DNA of 64,000 nucleotides, taken from positions 1 through 64,000 of the IMG/VR virus record IMGVR_UViG_3300037502_002993. One strand, given 5' to 3'. The position numbers and the translations under genes are program-made. Shown here piece after piece: positions 28,403 through 39,039 of this stretch (position 1 is its first letter; each line of letters starts with the position of its first letter). A model generated the notes under the pieces. The model had not been told where the DNA came from, searched no databases, and was given only the letters and a program-made list of their open reading frames with translations.

Positions 28403-29650
28403 ATTGGGGGCTTTCAAAACTAGCGCAGAAAGTCCAATGGTGTTATCAGCCACATTGGACTTAAACTTGGTAATGAAGAATTGCTGGGTACTCCCTCGTT
28501 GAAGTGTTGGATTCCTGGAGAAGATACAACTGATGCCTTTTCCTGGTGCCTCATCTACCAGTTCTTTCAGTAATGCCTCCATCATGGGGTTGAATGAGGA
28601 CACACTGCGGTAGACAAAGTCCATGGCTTGTGTGCTGGTCATGCCACGCTTAAGCAGCTTATTGACCAGGTGGTACTTAAACAACTGAATACCCAACCCC
28701 CACGGCAGGTGCAGTTCATCGTAGTCATGGGGGTCGGTAATACTGGTGATAACAGCTCGTGCTGTGTAATGCAGGCGAGAACCGAAGACATGCTTACGCA
28801 GAACCCCACTCTTTGAGGCCATGCGGTCCTTCATGAAACTGTGGTAGTACTGACACAGTGACTTGATGGACGAAGAGACCCGATTCTCCACATCCGCCTG
28901 CCGGAGTGGGACCACGCTACTACTGGCACTGGCCATAGTCAATACCGCGTCTTTAGCTGCGTTCAGTGGGTTGTCCACATAGCGGCCCGAGTTGGTACTC
29001 TCCATGACGAAACATACCCGATTGGGCACCATCAGGTATTTCGGAAAGAACAGATGTCGGTAGGTATCGATCCACGTCATAAACTCATGGCGTTCTTTGA
29101 CGTTGTTGCCGAACATTTTCTCGCTAGCAAAGAACTCAATGTGTTTATCAAAGTCCTCCACAAAGGCTTTAAACCCCCGTCTCGGGTTATACGCCAGAAA
29201 CCGATCCAGTCGTTTTCTGGTTTCCTTCCCCATGGGTTTTTCCATATCAAACCGATATTTGGTATTGATCAGATACTCAAGGAAATCCACATGGCCTGTC
29301 TTGAGTTTGGGCTCAAGGATCAGGTACATCTCCGGGTGCATAAGAGCCGGTACCCCTTCCGGGGCCTGTAGCCAGAGCACACTCTTAATGGCTTGGGTGG
29401 TGGTGGATTCCACTGGGGTTTTACACACACTACACACAATGCCGATCTCATCCACACGGGTGTGCTTCTGACAATGGCACGTAGCTCCGAACTCGATGGT
29501 ATCGGTGTGATCGTAATGGGTGATGAGGTGCTTGTCCAATAACTCCTTTTGTTCCGGAATGGAGATGTCAAACTTGTTGGCGATGAGGGGATCAAACGTT
29601 AGACGCGCAAACTCCTCATCATAGTTGACCATTGTAGCAACAATGCCCAT
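28403..29650 (-). CDS. nvRNAP beta' N-terminal subunit, exon 1 (phiKZ gp55-like)
   Basis: Zn-finger CHC..CSVC, KSGVLRKHVFGSR, ARAVITS, RNPTL; ends LKAPN just before ADFDGD. Confidence 0.92.
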
Positions 29651-29756
29651 GTTATCCTCCTACAGGCACAAGCGGCAAAGAGGCCCTCCCGAAGGAGGAC
29701 CACTTGAAAAGAAAAGGGGTCCCCGAAGGGACCCCATCCAGTGCTACTACCGGTGA

Positions 29757-31736
29757 TCAGTAGTAACGACCGGAACCCGCCACGTTGCCCTGATAGACAT
29801 GCCCGCGGTTCTGGTTCACCGTGGAACCGCCCTGGTGAATGTGTGCCTGACCGTCCACCGCGAACTGACTCATGAACTGGTTGCCGGCGAAGCGCTGGTT
29901 GCCACCCAGGACCTGAGAGATGTTCTCCAGCTCGACCTGCAAACCAGCACCAGCAGTGGCATCGTCCAGTGCCTTGATGAAACCAGGCGTCAGCGCCAGA
30001 CGCGCAGCACGACCAGTCACCTCCACACGAGAGCCCGCGTACTGACGGGTCAGCTTCTCCAGGCGATCCAGGCGCATGGCAGCCGGCATGGTGCCGAAGC
30101 CGCCCGGGTTGTTGCCGCAGAAGATCGCGTACCACTCATCGAACGCCACCTGGTCGCCCTTGGTGATGTTGAGCATCGCCAGCACGTCCAGTTCACGCAG
30201 ATCGCGGATCTGACCCTGATCATCCACCCAGCGACCCAGCAGGATCTCCTGGTTGGTGTGACGTACCAGTGGATCGCCCTCAGCAATGGCCTGGGAGAAA
30301 CGACCACTGGTCAGGTTATCAGCCGCGGCAATCAGACGCTTGCGTGCCTGGTTCTGGTACTTGCCAGGGGTGGCAGCGTCCAGCAGGAAGGTTTCGAAGG
30401 CGGAGTTCTCACTCATCGGCTGTACGTCGATGAGAAACGCCGGCATCGCTTCCATGGCATGACGAACGAACTCCAGGAAGTTCTGATCGGAGTAGTTCTT
30501 GGCCTTCAGGTCCACGTACTGGAACTCGGAGAAGGGCATCTTGTAGCCCAGTGCACCGATATCCTTCCAGTCCACCCCTTTCACACCCAGGCGCGGCTTG
30601 AGGGCTTCCAGCCAGGCGTAGTTGTAGGTCAGGCGGAATGCGTTGGACAGACCCAGCATGTAGAACTCACCCGTCTGGGACTGGATGTGCGGGGCCGGGC
30701 AGTTATTGGTGATGACCACAGTGGGCATGAAGGGTTGGGTCACCTGCTGCTGATTGGGAGAACCCCAACCGCCCTGCGGCTGACCACCGATGACACGACC
30801 GCCAGTGAACTCCACCCCAACGAAGCAGGACAGTTCATTGAGGGCGGTGTTCTCCTCGTAGAACTCATCCTCGTCCTTGGTATCCCCTTCGACCTGAGCG
30901 CCCATCCGCACAATCACGTCAGAGCGGATCGGATTGCCGACAATGTCGAACTTCGGCTCAGCAGTGAAGTCGAAAGAGGCTACGAAGCGGGTGTTGCTCG
31001 CTGCCTGACCGTTTTCGTTGATCGGCTTGAGGTCTTCGATACGGAAGGGCACTTCCCCAGCGAAGATCTGGATGCCATCGTCCACCCGGTTGACGGAATC
31101 GATCAGCAGGCGCTTGACCTCCACGGACTCCAGCTTGAAGTCGAAGTGACGTGGCACCAGAATGGGACCTGCGTCGATCGCGGTGACGTCACGACCTTCC
31201 GGCTGAATGCCCAGTTGGTTGAAGACGGTGTTGACCACCTTGGCCCAGTACTTCTCAGTGTAGACGTCCTGGCTGAAGGTTGTGACCTCGATCTGGGTCT
31301 GACCCACCCACTCCTTGCGCTTGCGCAGGGGGCGATCGGAATCCAGCATCACAACGCGGATGGCCACGGCGGTCTTCTGAGCGACCTGAGCGACCTTCAC
31401 CACCAGGATGGAACTACGACCCACACGGTGGGTTTCGGAGTCGAAGCGGATCAGGTGGAAGTCGTCGGGCATGCGCTGCATTTCGACTTCGGTTTTGTAG
31501 GCATCACGGATGGCGGTGAAGGCCTGGGAGGTGCGCTCTTCGCCACCGTCCATCTGACCGGAACGACGGAACACGGTGTTGATGTCACGGGGGTCGTTCA
31601 GGCCCCGTGCGGCGGGTTTGGGCGCTGCAGCACCCACATTACCGCCATAGCCAGTCGGACCACGACCCGTCGGCTGCGGTTGTGCCTTGGGCTGCTCGGG
31701 CTGGTTCTGGTTGCTTTCGTTATCGCGGATACCCAT
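29757..31736 (-). CDS. chmA: Chimallin, major nuclear shell protein (phiKZ gp54-like)
   Basis: 659 aa from MGIRDNE; directly upstream of the gp55-like gene; strong codon bias; disordered N-terminus; GNPIRSD, DIGALG, RDLRELD motifs. Confidence 0.85.
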   Translation of the reverse strand: MGIRDNESNQNQPEQPKAQPQPTGRGPTGYGGNVGAAAPKPAARGLNDPRDINTVFRRSGQMDGGEERTSQAFTAIRDAYKTEVEMQRMPDDFHLIRFDSETHRVGRSSILVVKVAQVAQKTAVAIRVVMLDSDRPLRKRKEWVGQTQIEVTTFSQDVYTEKYWAKVVNTVFNQLGIQPEGRDVTAIDAGPILVPRHFDFKLESVEVKRLLIDSVNRVDDGIQIFAGEVPFRIEDLKPINENGQAASNTRFVASFDFTAEPKFDIVGNPIRSDVIVRMGAQVEGDTKDEDEFYEENTALNELSCFVGVEFTGGRVIGGQPQGGWGSPNQQQVTQPFMPTVVITNNCPAPHIQSQTGEFYMLGLSNAFRLTYNYAWLEALKPRLGVKGVDWKDIGALGYKMPFSEFQYVDLKAKNYSDQNFLEFVRHAMEAMPAFLIDVQPMSENSAFETFLLDAATPGKYQNQARKRLIAAADNLTSGRFSQAIAEGDPLVRHTNQEILLGRWVDDQGQIRDLRELDVLAMLNITKGDQVAFDEWYAIFCGNNPGGFGTMPAAMRLDRLEKLTRQYAGSRVEVTGRAARLALTPGFIKALDDATAGAGLQVELENISQVLGGNQRFAGNQFMSQFAVDGQAHIHQGGSTVNQNRGHVYQGNVAGSGRYY

Positions 31737-31957
31737 GAGGGCTTTCTCCTTGCGTTTTATTGCAGTCGACTGCAATGCTGTCCAGTTAACTGGACGGCTC
31801 TTGCCTGTGAATGATGTGGGTTTCAAATCTGTTCGGATAAACCCACACCAGAATCCTTGCGTTACGACATACCGCTTAATGGCCTAGAAGGCCCGTGAGA
31901 CTGTCAGGTGACAATCCCCTATAAGATAACATTCCCAGTATTTTTCTACATGGGCAT

Positions 31958-32410
31958 TTAGAAGGGTCCTGCCTGAGTGACGATCTCGATCTTCAACACG
32001 GTGAACCCATCTCGCTCGACGTCATGGAACTCTTCGGCTAGGTGGTTAAGGGTCTCGATGAGTTTCTTATGGAGGTTAAACTCCTCCTCTTCTCCATCAA
32101 GCAATGTAGCGTGGGTATGGTGGACCTTCTTGACGTGGCCGGTTTCGTTCTCACACAGGGTAATCTCCACCAGCGGATAACGAAGGCCCGGGAGGTCCCA
32201 CTCCTCAATAGGGCGATCCTGACCTCCCATGGCATCCACCAGGGCGGTATGAGGAACCCCCTCGGAGGGGTAGTGGCCTTTACTCTTCTCCTTCTTCAAC
32301 ACCCCTTGCAAGGTGGAGATGGCCTGTTCCAGGTTCTGGATGATCGCTGCGTCCGGCGCTTCGTGAACACGGGGGGTATCGGTAGCGTCGGTGTTAGTGG
32401 TGTCAGACAT
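31958..32410 (-). CDS. Hypothetical protein
   Basis: GAGGAG RBS and promoter motif upstream. Confidence 0.7.
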   Translation of the reverse strand: MSDTTNTDATDTPRVHEAPDAAIIQNLEQAISTLQGVLKKEKSKGHYPSEGVPHTALVDAMGGQDRPIEEWDLPGLRYPLVEITLCENETGHVKKVHHTHATLLDGEEEEFNLHKKLIETLNHLAEEFHDVERDGFTVLKIEIVTQAGPF

Positions 32411-32516
32411 GATGGTGCTCCTCTCAGTGGAAGGGTGGGGTACTGCTCACCTTCATGATGTAGATGTGAAATTCACTGGATCTTATAGTCAACCTGTTTC
32501 CCGCGGAGTCCCTGTC

Positions 32517-33626
32517 ATGTATGAGCTCTTCCGTCGTCCAGCTACTCGTTTCAGAGGTCGCTTGCATTTCCCGGAGACGGCGTTTCTCCGTCGTCAATAT
32601 GACGCTCAGATCGACCAGGTGAAGCTCCACTATCGGCGTTACCCAAAACGAGTGGACAGCGATAACCTCTTTGGGAAGATGCTCACACACATTCCACTGC
32701 GTTGGGATCTGGATGATCGCAACTATGTACGCTATGTCGAGGACATGCATAGTGGGGTGAGTCGTGCCCATGGGTTAACCTCCCCCATTCATCGAGGTCG
32801 GGTGCATGAGCAGGGAGTGACCCTTGGGAAGAACAGTGACGAAATCCTCCTGGTGAGTGATGATGAGTTCCCTTTGCCGGAAGGGGAAGGGTGGCGTGAC
32901 CTCACCCCTATTACCTACCTTTACCATACCCGGGTGGATTTGGGGTTTCCTATCCTAAACAACCACGACCAGGTCCGGGGGTATGGGGTAACTGTTGTCA
33001 ATGTTCCGATGTTAGCGTTACAGTACCGTTGCTGGATAAAGGAGCAGCAGCAGCGCTTTGCCGATATAGCGGACAGTCAGGTAAATAGTGTCTTCCGCTT
33101 TATTGGAAGCTACCCACTGCCCAACGCCATCGTCTCCTATTTTGACATTGCGGTGTTCAATCGCCTGACCAAGCGCTTTAAAGGCATGGGCTTGCCCAAA
33201 CTCCCCGTACCTCATCCGTTTTATCTCACGGACTACAGCGCGAGAGTAGACAGCTACTGCGATAAGATCCTTGAAAGTAATCGTCAACGCAGTGGGGATC
33301 TGGAGCAAGTGGTCTATACAACACCCATGGTCCTCAAAGAGTCACTGTGGGAGGTGATGTACTTACCGAGTGACCCCGTCACCCGTCACAATGAATGGGC
33401 CCTCAACATTGCCAGGTTGCCCTATATTCGCTATTTGATTGAAGCCACCGTCACAAGCAGTGGGGGCGACAAGCGCTTTACCAATGAACTCTATACCAGT
33501 CTGATCGATGCTCGCTATGACAGAATCTTTCAGGGGGTGGGGTCGCATCGAGTCGTACAACAATACCGTCAGTCCATCCAGGAGCTGATCGAGATGCTGG
33601 AGGCCCTTGGCCATGGGTGGCGTTAA
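32517..33626 (+). CDS. Conserved core protein (phiKZ gp52 position)
   Basis: GGAG RBS before MYELFRRP; counter-oriented gene between chimallin and the DNA polymerase. Confidence 0.75.
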   Translation: MYELFRRPATRFRGRLHFPETAFLRRQYDAQIDQVKLHYRRYPKRVDSDNLFGKMLTHIPLRWDLDDRNYVRYVEDMHSGVSRAHGLTSPIHRGRVHEQGVTLGKNSDEILLVSDDEFPLPEGEGWRDLTPITYLYHTRVDLGFPILNNHDQVRGYGVTVVNVPMLALQYRCWIKEQQQRFADIADSQVNSVFRFIGSYPLPNAIVSYFDIAVFNRLTKRFKGMGLPKLPVPHPFYLTDYSARVDSYCDKILESNRQRSGDLEQVVYTTPMVLKESLWEVMYLPSDPVTRHNEWALNIARLPYIRYLIEATVTSSGGDKRFTNELYTSLIDARYDRIFQGVGSHRVVQQYRQSIQELIEMLEALGHGWR

Positions 33627-33656
33627 CCAACAGCAATACACATAAGGAGACTTCCT

Positions 33657-33755
33657 ATGTCACACCACTACGACCTGGAAACCCAACACCATCTCATTCA
33701 ACAGGCTGTTATAGTAAAACGGCTTGAGGTGGCACTCATAGCCCACCTGGGCTAG
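33657..33755 (+). CDS. Small 32-aa ORF
   Basis: TAAGGAG RBS, ATG to TAG, followed by a hairpin. Confidence 0.4.
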   Translation: MSHHYDLETQHHLIQQAVIVKRLEVALIAHLG

Positions 33756-33811
33756 GGGAATCCATAAAGCGCCTCCCCACCGGGGAGGCGTCTATGCCGT
33801 GACACATGGTA

Positions 33812-34019
33812 CTAGGGCTTGCGATTCAGGTTTAGAACCGCCTGCGTGGCGAAGCGCTCCAAGATATCGCCGTGGCACGCCTGGGGTGCACAGAAACACA
33901 CCAGGTCCTTTCCATCGAGTTCGGCCAGTTCCTCCAAAGAAACCTCCCCTGCACGAATTCGGCGAATGAGGTCGAGGCGGTAGGCCTCCACTACCACTTC
34001 TCGTGTACCGTCCTTTCCG
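33812..34019 (-). pseudogene. DUF4326-like gene, C-terminal remnant (N-terminus MAVLNKHKQ at 35172..35198)
   Basis: GTREVVVEAYR..ELDGKDLVCFCAPQACHGDIL; split by the tnpB element. Confidence 0.8.
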
Positions 34020-35173
34020 TTGACACTCCCCCTCCTAAAGTAGGGGGATTCTTGCTTCATTGAACTGACTTACCTTCGGTGAGGAAGGCAGAGGCCCTGT
34101 TCTCCACAAGCGTTTAGTGAGTCCGTATGTCCTACGGCCTCTGCTGACTCATAGCTCAAGCTACATCTAAGCGGTGTTCTTGGATAAACACCGCCGTCAG
34201 TGTTTGTCTTAAGTGACTCGCTGGTGGGAGTTGTTCCAATGCCATGTTCCGCAGGTTGATGGCGGCATTGTGATCTCGATCATGCTGTGTTCCGCAACTA
34301 GGGCACTCCCACCAGCGTTCGTTCAGTTTAAGTTTGTTGGACCCTTCTAGTCGATGGTCACACGCACTGCACGTCTGTGTACTCGGAAAGAATCTCTCTG
34401 CAATGACGACCTTGCAGTGCTGCGACTCATCGGCCTTGTAGACCAACATGGACAGGAACTGACGCCATCCACAATCAGCAATGTGTTTGGCTAGACGTCG
34501 GTTCCTGACCATGCCTTCAATGTTGAGGTTCTCAATAGCAATGGTCATGCATTGGTCTACAAGACCTCTGGAGAGCTTGTGCTGAAAGTCCATCCGACAC
34601 CGCTTGGTTTTTGCGTATATCTTGGCGACTTTCAGCCGTTGTTTTCTGTAGTTGGCACTACCCCTCACCATTCTTGCTAACTTCCGTTGTGCTCGTGCCA
34701 ACCTGACCGCATGTTTCTGTTGGTATTTGGGATTGTCATACTCCTTCCCTTCTGAGTCTACCGCAAAGGTCTTAATCCCTAAGTCCAATCCCAAATGAGA
34801 CTCCCCATTCGTGAGTCTTGGTTCACATTCACAAATGAAACAGGCGTAATATTCCCCACTAGACTCACGAATAATACTGACAGAACTGGGTGGGGTGGGG
34901 AGCACCCCACCCCACTTTTCGTTCTTGTAACTCCATTTAGTTTTGATAGGGGAATGCATTGCCTTAGCAATGCAGAATTCCCCACTCTCCAAATCTAAGG
35001 AGAATGCAGCGTTCGTCAGTCGGATGGACTGACGACTTTGTTTCTTTTTAAACTTGGGAAATCCAATCTTCCCTTTTCCTTTAAAGAAAGATTGGAAAGT
35101 TGTCCCGAGGTCCCTAAGAGACTGCTGCAAGATGACTGAGGAGACCTCATAGAGAAACCCATGCTCTTTCTTT
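34020..35173 (-). mobile_element. 5'-truncated tnpB element, copy 2 (right end/omegaRNA at 34020..34155)
   Basis: Colinear with 50072..51232; homology stops at 35173; no left end. Confidence 0.88.
34156..35173 (-). pseudogene. tnpB: TnpB lacking about 68 N-terminal residues
   Basis: RuvC GLDLG, IENL, DRDHNAA and the Zn finger are retained; in-frame TAA just upstream and no native start. Confidence 0.85.
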
Positions 35174-35210
35174 GTTTGTGTTTATTCAGTACGGCCATTA
35201 AAGGACATCC

Positions 35211-37343
35211 TCAATAGTAGTCACTCACCAAGCGAGAAATCTTCTTGTCCTGAAAGAAGAAACCGAATGACTCAAGCATCAGGTAGAAGGCTCCCATGGT
35301 GTTAAAGATGATCTTACGGGCATCAATGCCTGCGACAATCTCCTTAGGGATGCCGTGAGTTTCTGCGACACTCTCGGGAACGAGGATGGTGGTCAAGCCC
35401 TTCTTACCTGTATCAGCGAGATAGGTTTTAAGACGGTGTGCTAAGTGATCATTTCCCATCCTCTCACACCACTCATCAAGCTCTTTTCTTCCATCGGCCC
35501 TTACCGAGACCTTCACGACACTGTAAGGGGGTGGCAAGGTATCGCCAAGAGACTGTGCGAACACATCTCGCCACAGGAGGTACTGCTGGTAGGCTGGGGC
35601 ATTCTCACCTCCCTTATACGAATCCGCAGGCTTCACCTGACCGGTGGTCATGTAAAGATACCCGCCTCGTTCAATGTCCTGATAAATCTCCCGTTCGATA
35701 TCGCCAACATCCTTTAGGAGGTCCCGCATGCAGATGAGTTTCTCTGCCTTAAATGTCGCAATGATCTTTTCCATTAGTGCTCTGGCTTTATCATTTACAT
35801 GCTTGGGCACCTTAGAGTCCCTTAGCCCAACTCCCTTCACTTCGAGTTGGGCTTCGGGGAACATCACCCCTTCCTTGGCATCGCGAGACGCATAGTAGTG
35901 CTTTGATCGCGTAGTCAGTGAGATCACGGAGAAGTAATATTCATTTTTCATCGCAAGCAGACGTAGCTTGGCTTTCGCAACCCCCATGTTGGCTGATTGA
36001 ATTGCCAGGATGTGGGCCACCATGTGAGAGACCAGATAGATGATCACAAACACGATACGTTTGGCATCTGCACTGTGCGATACTCGCCCAAAGGCTTGCT
36101 CAACCCAATACTGGCAGGTAAACATAGTGGAGTCGGTATCGGAGATCAGGGCGGCTCGACGATAGGCTGAAGGGAACGCATGGATGCTGGAGGGGACGGT
36201 ATTAGTCAGCCACAATGTCTCGATGAGTAGACGATAGCGCTCCATTAACCGAATGGTTTTCACTCCAGTGGCTTTTACCCGAGCCCACAGGTGCATGTCA
36301 CCATCACGTTCCAGACGTTCGACATCTCGTGACTGTAGGGCATCGAAATTCAAGAAGTTAGCAAGGATCTTGGTATCGTCGTCTAACTGACTGTACTCAC
36401 TGTCCTCTACCTGGTCAAACTTTTCATCCCCCGGCATGGAAAGTTCGTTGAGAAACGCCATCACAAACTCTGGGTTGTGTTTATGTAGGTGGTACAGATC
36501 TGCTACATACACCACTGCGGTTCTTTCCATGTCAGTGAAGCCCGACACCAGGGTTTCAATCAGTGCCAGATTCTTCGGACTGATCCAGTATTTATCGGTG
36601 CTCCACCGGATGCAAGCCATCACCTCAGCGACGGATGGGATATGTAAGTTAAAGATCTCAACACACTGCTTGAGCTTCTCCAGGTCGGTACTGGTGACCA
36701 CCGCAAGGAGATTGGTCTTGGTGATCTCAGGGGAGTAGTAGTGACGACTGCCCATCAGAAACTTTTCATTTGCTGCATTGGCGTAGCTGGTCGCTGTGCG
36801 GGTGTTGCTGGTCAATGAGGAGTGAGTGCTCTTAAGACGGAGCATAGTGGCGGCACTGACAGTAGCGCCACTGTAGGAGTTATTGTTTTCTTTGTAGACC
36901 GCCTGAATGGCATTCTTCACCTTGGCGAGCTCAAAGTCACCTCTCGCGTTAGCTTGGTTCATCTCCTTCTTGACCTTTTTACGGTTTCTCACGCCCTCTT
37001 CCAAGAACTGCGCGTGTTTGGCCTGACGTACCGTCTCCGGGACATAGACTGCCATGGAGGGGGAAAGCAACAGGTCCTGTTTCTTAACTCGCTCTAGGAA
37101 TTTGGTGAAGGGAACCGATACCGCTTTCTTATCCCAATGTTTGTCCTTGGTCAATACCAACGATTGGGGGTCAACTAACTTTCCACGCTTGAAATCCAGG
37201 TACTCATGAATAAAGGCCTCCGCTTGAGACGGGTCGCATTGGGTATGTGCCGTCAGGTAGCGTGCTGCTTGTACTCTTGCACTATCGAGCAGATCCAAAT
37301 CACGCTGGTAGCTATCAACACTTGGAATAAACGGATTTTGCAT
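35211..37343 (-). CDS. Family B-related DNA polymerase subunit (phiKZ gp50-like)
   Basis: K.NNNSYSG, ISDTDSTMF, KHYY, EVKGV motifs. Confidence 0.88.
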   Translation of the reverse strand: MQNPFIPSVDSYQRDLDLLDSARVQAARYLTAHTQCDPSQAEAFIHEYLDFKRGKLVDPQSLVLTKDKHWDKKAVSVPFTKFLERVKKQDLLLSPSMAVYVPETVRQAKHAQFLEEGVRNRKKVKKEMNQANARGDFELAKVKNAIQAVYKENNNSYSGATVSAATMLRLKSTHSSLTSNTRTATSYANAANEKFLMGSRHYYSPEITKTNLLAVVTSTDLEKLKQCVEIFNLHIPSVAEVMACIRWSTDKYWISPKNLALIETLVSGFTDMERTAVVYVADLYHLHKHNPEFVMAFLNELSMPGDEKFDQVEDSEYSQLDDDTKILANFLNFDALQSRDVERLERDGDMHLWARVKATGVKTIRLMERYRLLIETLWLTNTVPSSIHAFPSAYRRAALISDTDSTMFTCQYWVEQAFGRVSHSADAKRIVFVIIYLVSHMVAHILAIQSANMGVAKAKLRLLAMKNEYYFSVISLTTRSKHYYASRDAKEGVMFPEAQLEVKGVGLRDSKVPKHVNDKARALMEKIIATFKAEKLICMRDLLKDVGDIEREIYQDIERGGYLYMTTGQVKPADSYKGGENAPAYQQYLLWRDVFAQSLGDTLPPPYSVVKVSVRADGRKELDEWCERMGNDHLAHRLKTYLADTGKKGLTTILVPESVAETHGIPKEIVAGIDARKIIFNTMGAFYLMLESFGFFFQDKKISRLVSDYY

Positions 37344-37577
37344 GGTGTCTCAACTCCTTAAGTCTATTCCATTTGACGGCCCAGTAGAGCACCATTTTTG
37401 ACGCTTAGGGCATAAGCACCCAACCTCCCTGGCTGGGTAAAAAAAGAAGACGGCGGAAAACCCCCCACCCGTAGGTGGGGGAAATGGATCGTTCAGAACT
37501 AGGAATTGCCATGCAGGGCTCCGCATTCCCCACACCGCTAAGGACTACGCAAGGAGACGCTGTCCATATCATAGTCA

Positions 37578-38003
37578 TTATCCAAACGAATGGTTCTCAA
37601 CCTGCACATTACTGGGACTCTCTCCATTGGCGGAGAGGACTTGAAGGATGCGCTGTACGTCTGACTGTGTCTTATTGTCGAAGGTGAGAACGACTCGACC
37701 GCCCTGAAACAGTTGAATGGTCTCAGGACGAATCCATGGAATACCAATGATGTCACTGGCACCATTGGGGTGTCTGATGCGAATGTAATCGTAACTCTGT
37801 GCGCTGTCTGCTACACTCCCATGGGGGAGGGTGGGGTAGACTTTGGCGTGGAGGGCTTCGATGTCCAGGCCTGATGCCTGTGCAAGGCTTGGGGTGAGAA
37901 TGCCCTCCAGATAAACATCTCTGAAGTAGTTTCCGATGATTGAGGTCGGATAGACTTCAAACGAGAAACGCTGTCCAGGGCGGACGTCATATGCGCTAGG
38001 CAT
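37578..38003 (-). CDS. Conserved core protein (phiKZ gp49 position)
   Basis: SFEVYP..IG and IIGIPWI motifs; synteny. Confidence 0.75.
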   Translation of the reverse strand: MPSAYDVRPGQRFSFEVYPTSIIGNYFRDVYLEGILTPSLAQASGLDIEALHAKVYPTLPHGSVADSAQSYDYIRIRHPNGASDIIGIPWIRPETIQLFQGGRVVLTFDNKTQSDVQRILQVLSANGESPSNVQVENHSFG

Positions 38004-38016
38004 GTCAAGATCTCCG

Positions 38017-38334
38017 TTATCTTAACACAAACAGCACCGCACCGGTCTCATCGAGTGGCACGACAGCCATGAGTGTGTTGGTCTCCATCCTAGAGAACAC
38101 CCATTCTGTCAAAAACTCACAGACGTCAGAGACCCGTGCATCCAGTGCTATTTGTGACTGATCGAAACACTCCGGGATGAAGTAGGCCTCCATCTCGTCT
38201 CTTAATTCGACCAGAATCTGGTGAAGTCCTATCCGCGAGATAGGGGCGTCGGGATAGGCAGATTGAATCAGTGTGTTCACAAGATCAGCGACCTCATCGA
38301 ACACGCCGATAATAGCAGTGTAGTGTGTAGGCAC
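38017..38334 (-). CDS. Hypothetical protein
   Basis: 105-aa ORF in operon. Confidence 0.6.
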   Translation of the reverse strand: MPTHYTAIIGVFDEVADLVNTLIQSAYPDAPISRIGLHQILVELRDEMEAYFIPECFDQSQIALDARVSDVCEFLTEWVFSRMETNTLMAVVPLDETGAVLFVLR

Positions 38335-38583
38335 GGAAAATCCCTTACGTCCGTTATACCGCTCCGACCCGTTACGGTGGAGATTGTGGTTTTCTTGGGT
38401 GGTATATCATGTCACTTCCTGGGGGTGTTATTGGAATAGTGTCATAGGGTTTCCTCCTCTCAATACCGCGGGGGGTCTTCTCCTTCTTCTTTCACTGGGC
38501 ACATGGTCCCTCCATTTCCCCATTCACGACGACTGGTCAGATGGGGGTCTCAGTGAACACAGCGGTGTTGTGCCGCTGCCTCA

Positions 38584-39039
38584 TCATTCTGCATTTAAAC
38601 GATCAGCTAACTGCTCAACAAATTCACCCTCCTCCACATCCTCTTTGAAGACAAAGTGGATAATAGGGGTGGTAAGGAGCATGAAATCCCAATACCCACA
38701 CACCTCTACTTCACGCCCGCTGGCCAGATGATGCCAGCACTGCGGAACCAACTTGGAGAAAGAGTAATGATAAAACTCAAGCAGTTGATCTGTCGCCTGC
38801 TTAAACACTGGGGGGGTGATGTAGTGGTGGAGGTGATAGTGGGCGATCAGGGTTTCAATATCAACAGCAGTCAAGGGGAGTTTATTGACCACACTGTGAT
38901 GGACCACTTCAGTAAATGCGTCCCACAGCTGAGACCCATCGCCGTGATCGTCGATCAGGCGCTGAAGCGGTTCACCAAAAGCAAAGTGGACATGCGCTAA
39001 ATCGAAGATCATTATGCGATCAGTCATGAGGTGACTCAC
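38584..39039 (-). CDS. Hypothetical protein
   Basis: 151-aa ORF coupled to the upstream stop. Confidence 0.65.
   Translation of the reverse strand: MSHLMTDRIMIFDLAHVHFAFGEPLQRLIDDHGDGSQLWDAFTEVVHHSVVNKLPLTAVDIETLIAHYHLHHYITPPVFKQATDQLLEFYHYSFSKLVPQCWHHLASGREVEVCGYWDFMLLTTPIIHFVFKEDVEEGEFVEQLADRLNAE

Noticed and set aside
29799-31814. 671-aa plus-strand ORF
   Set aside because: Antisense shadow of chimallin, explained by its strong codon bias; no recognisable motifs
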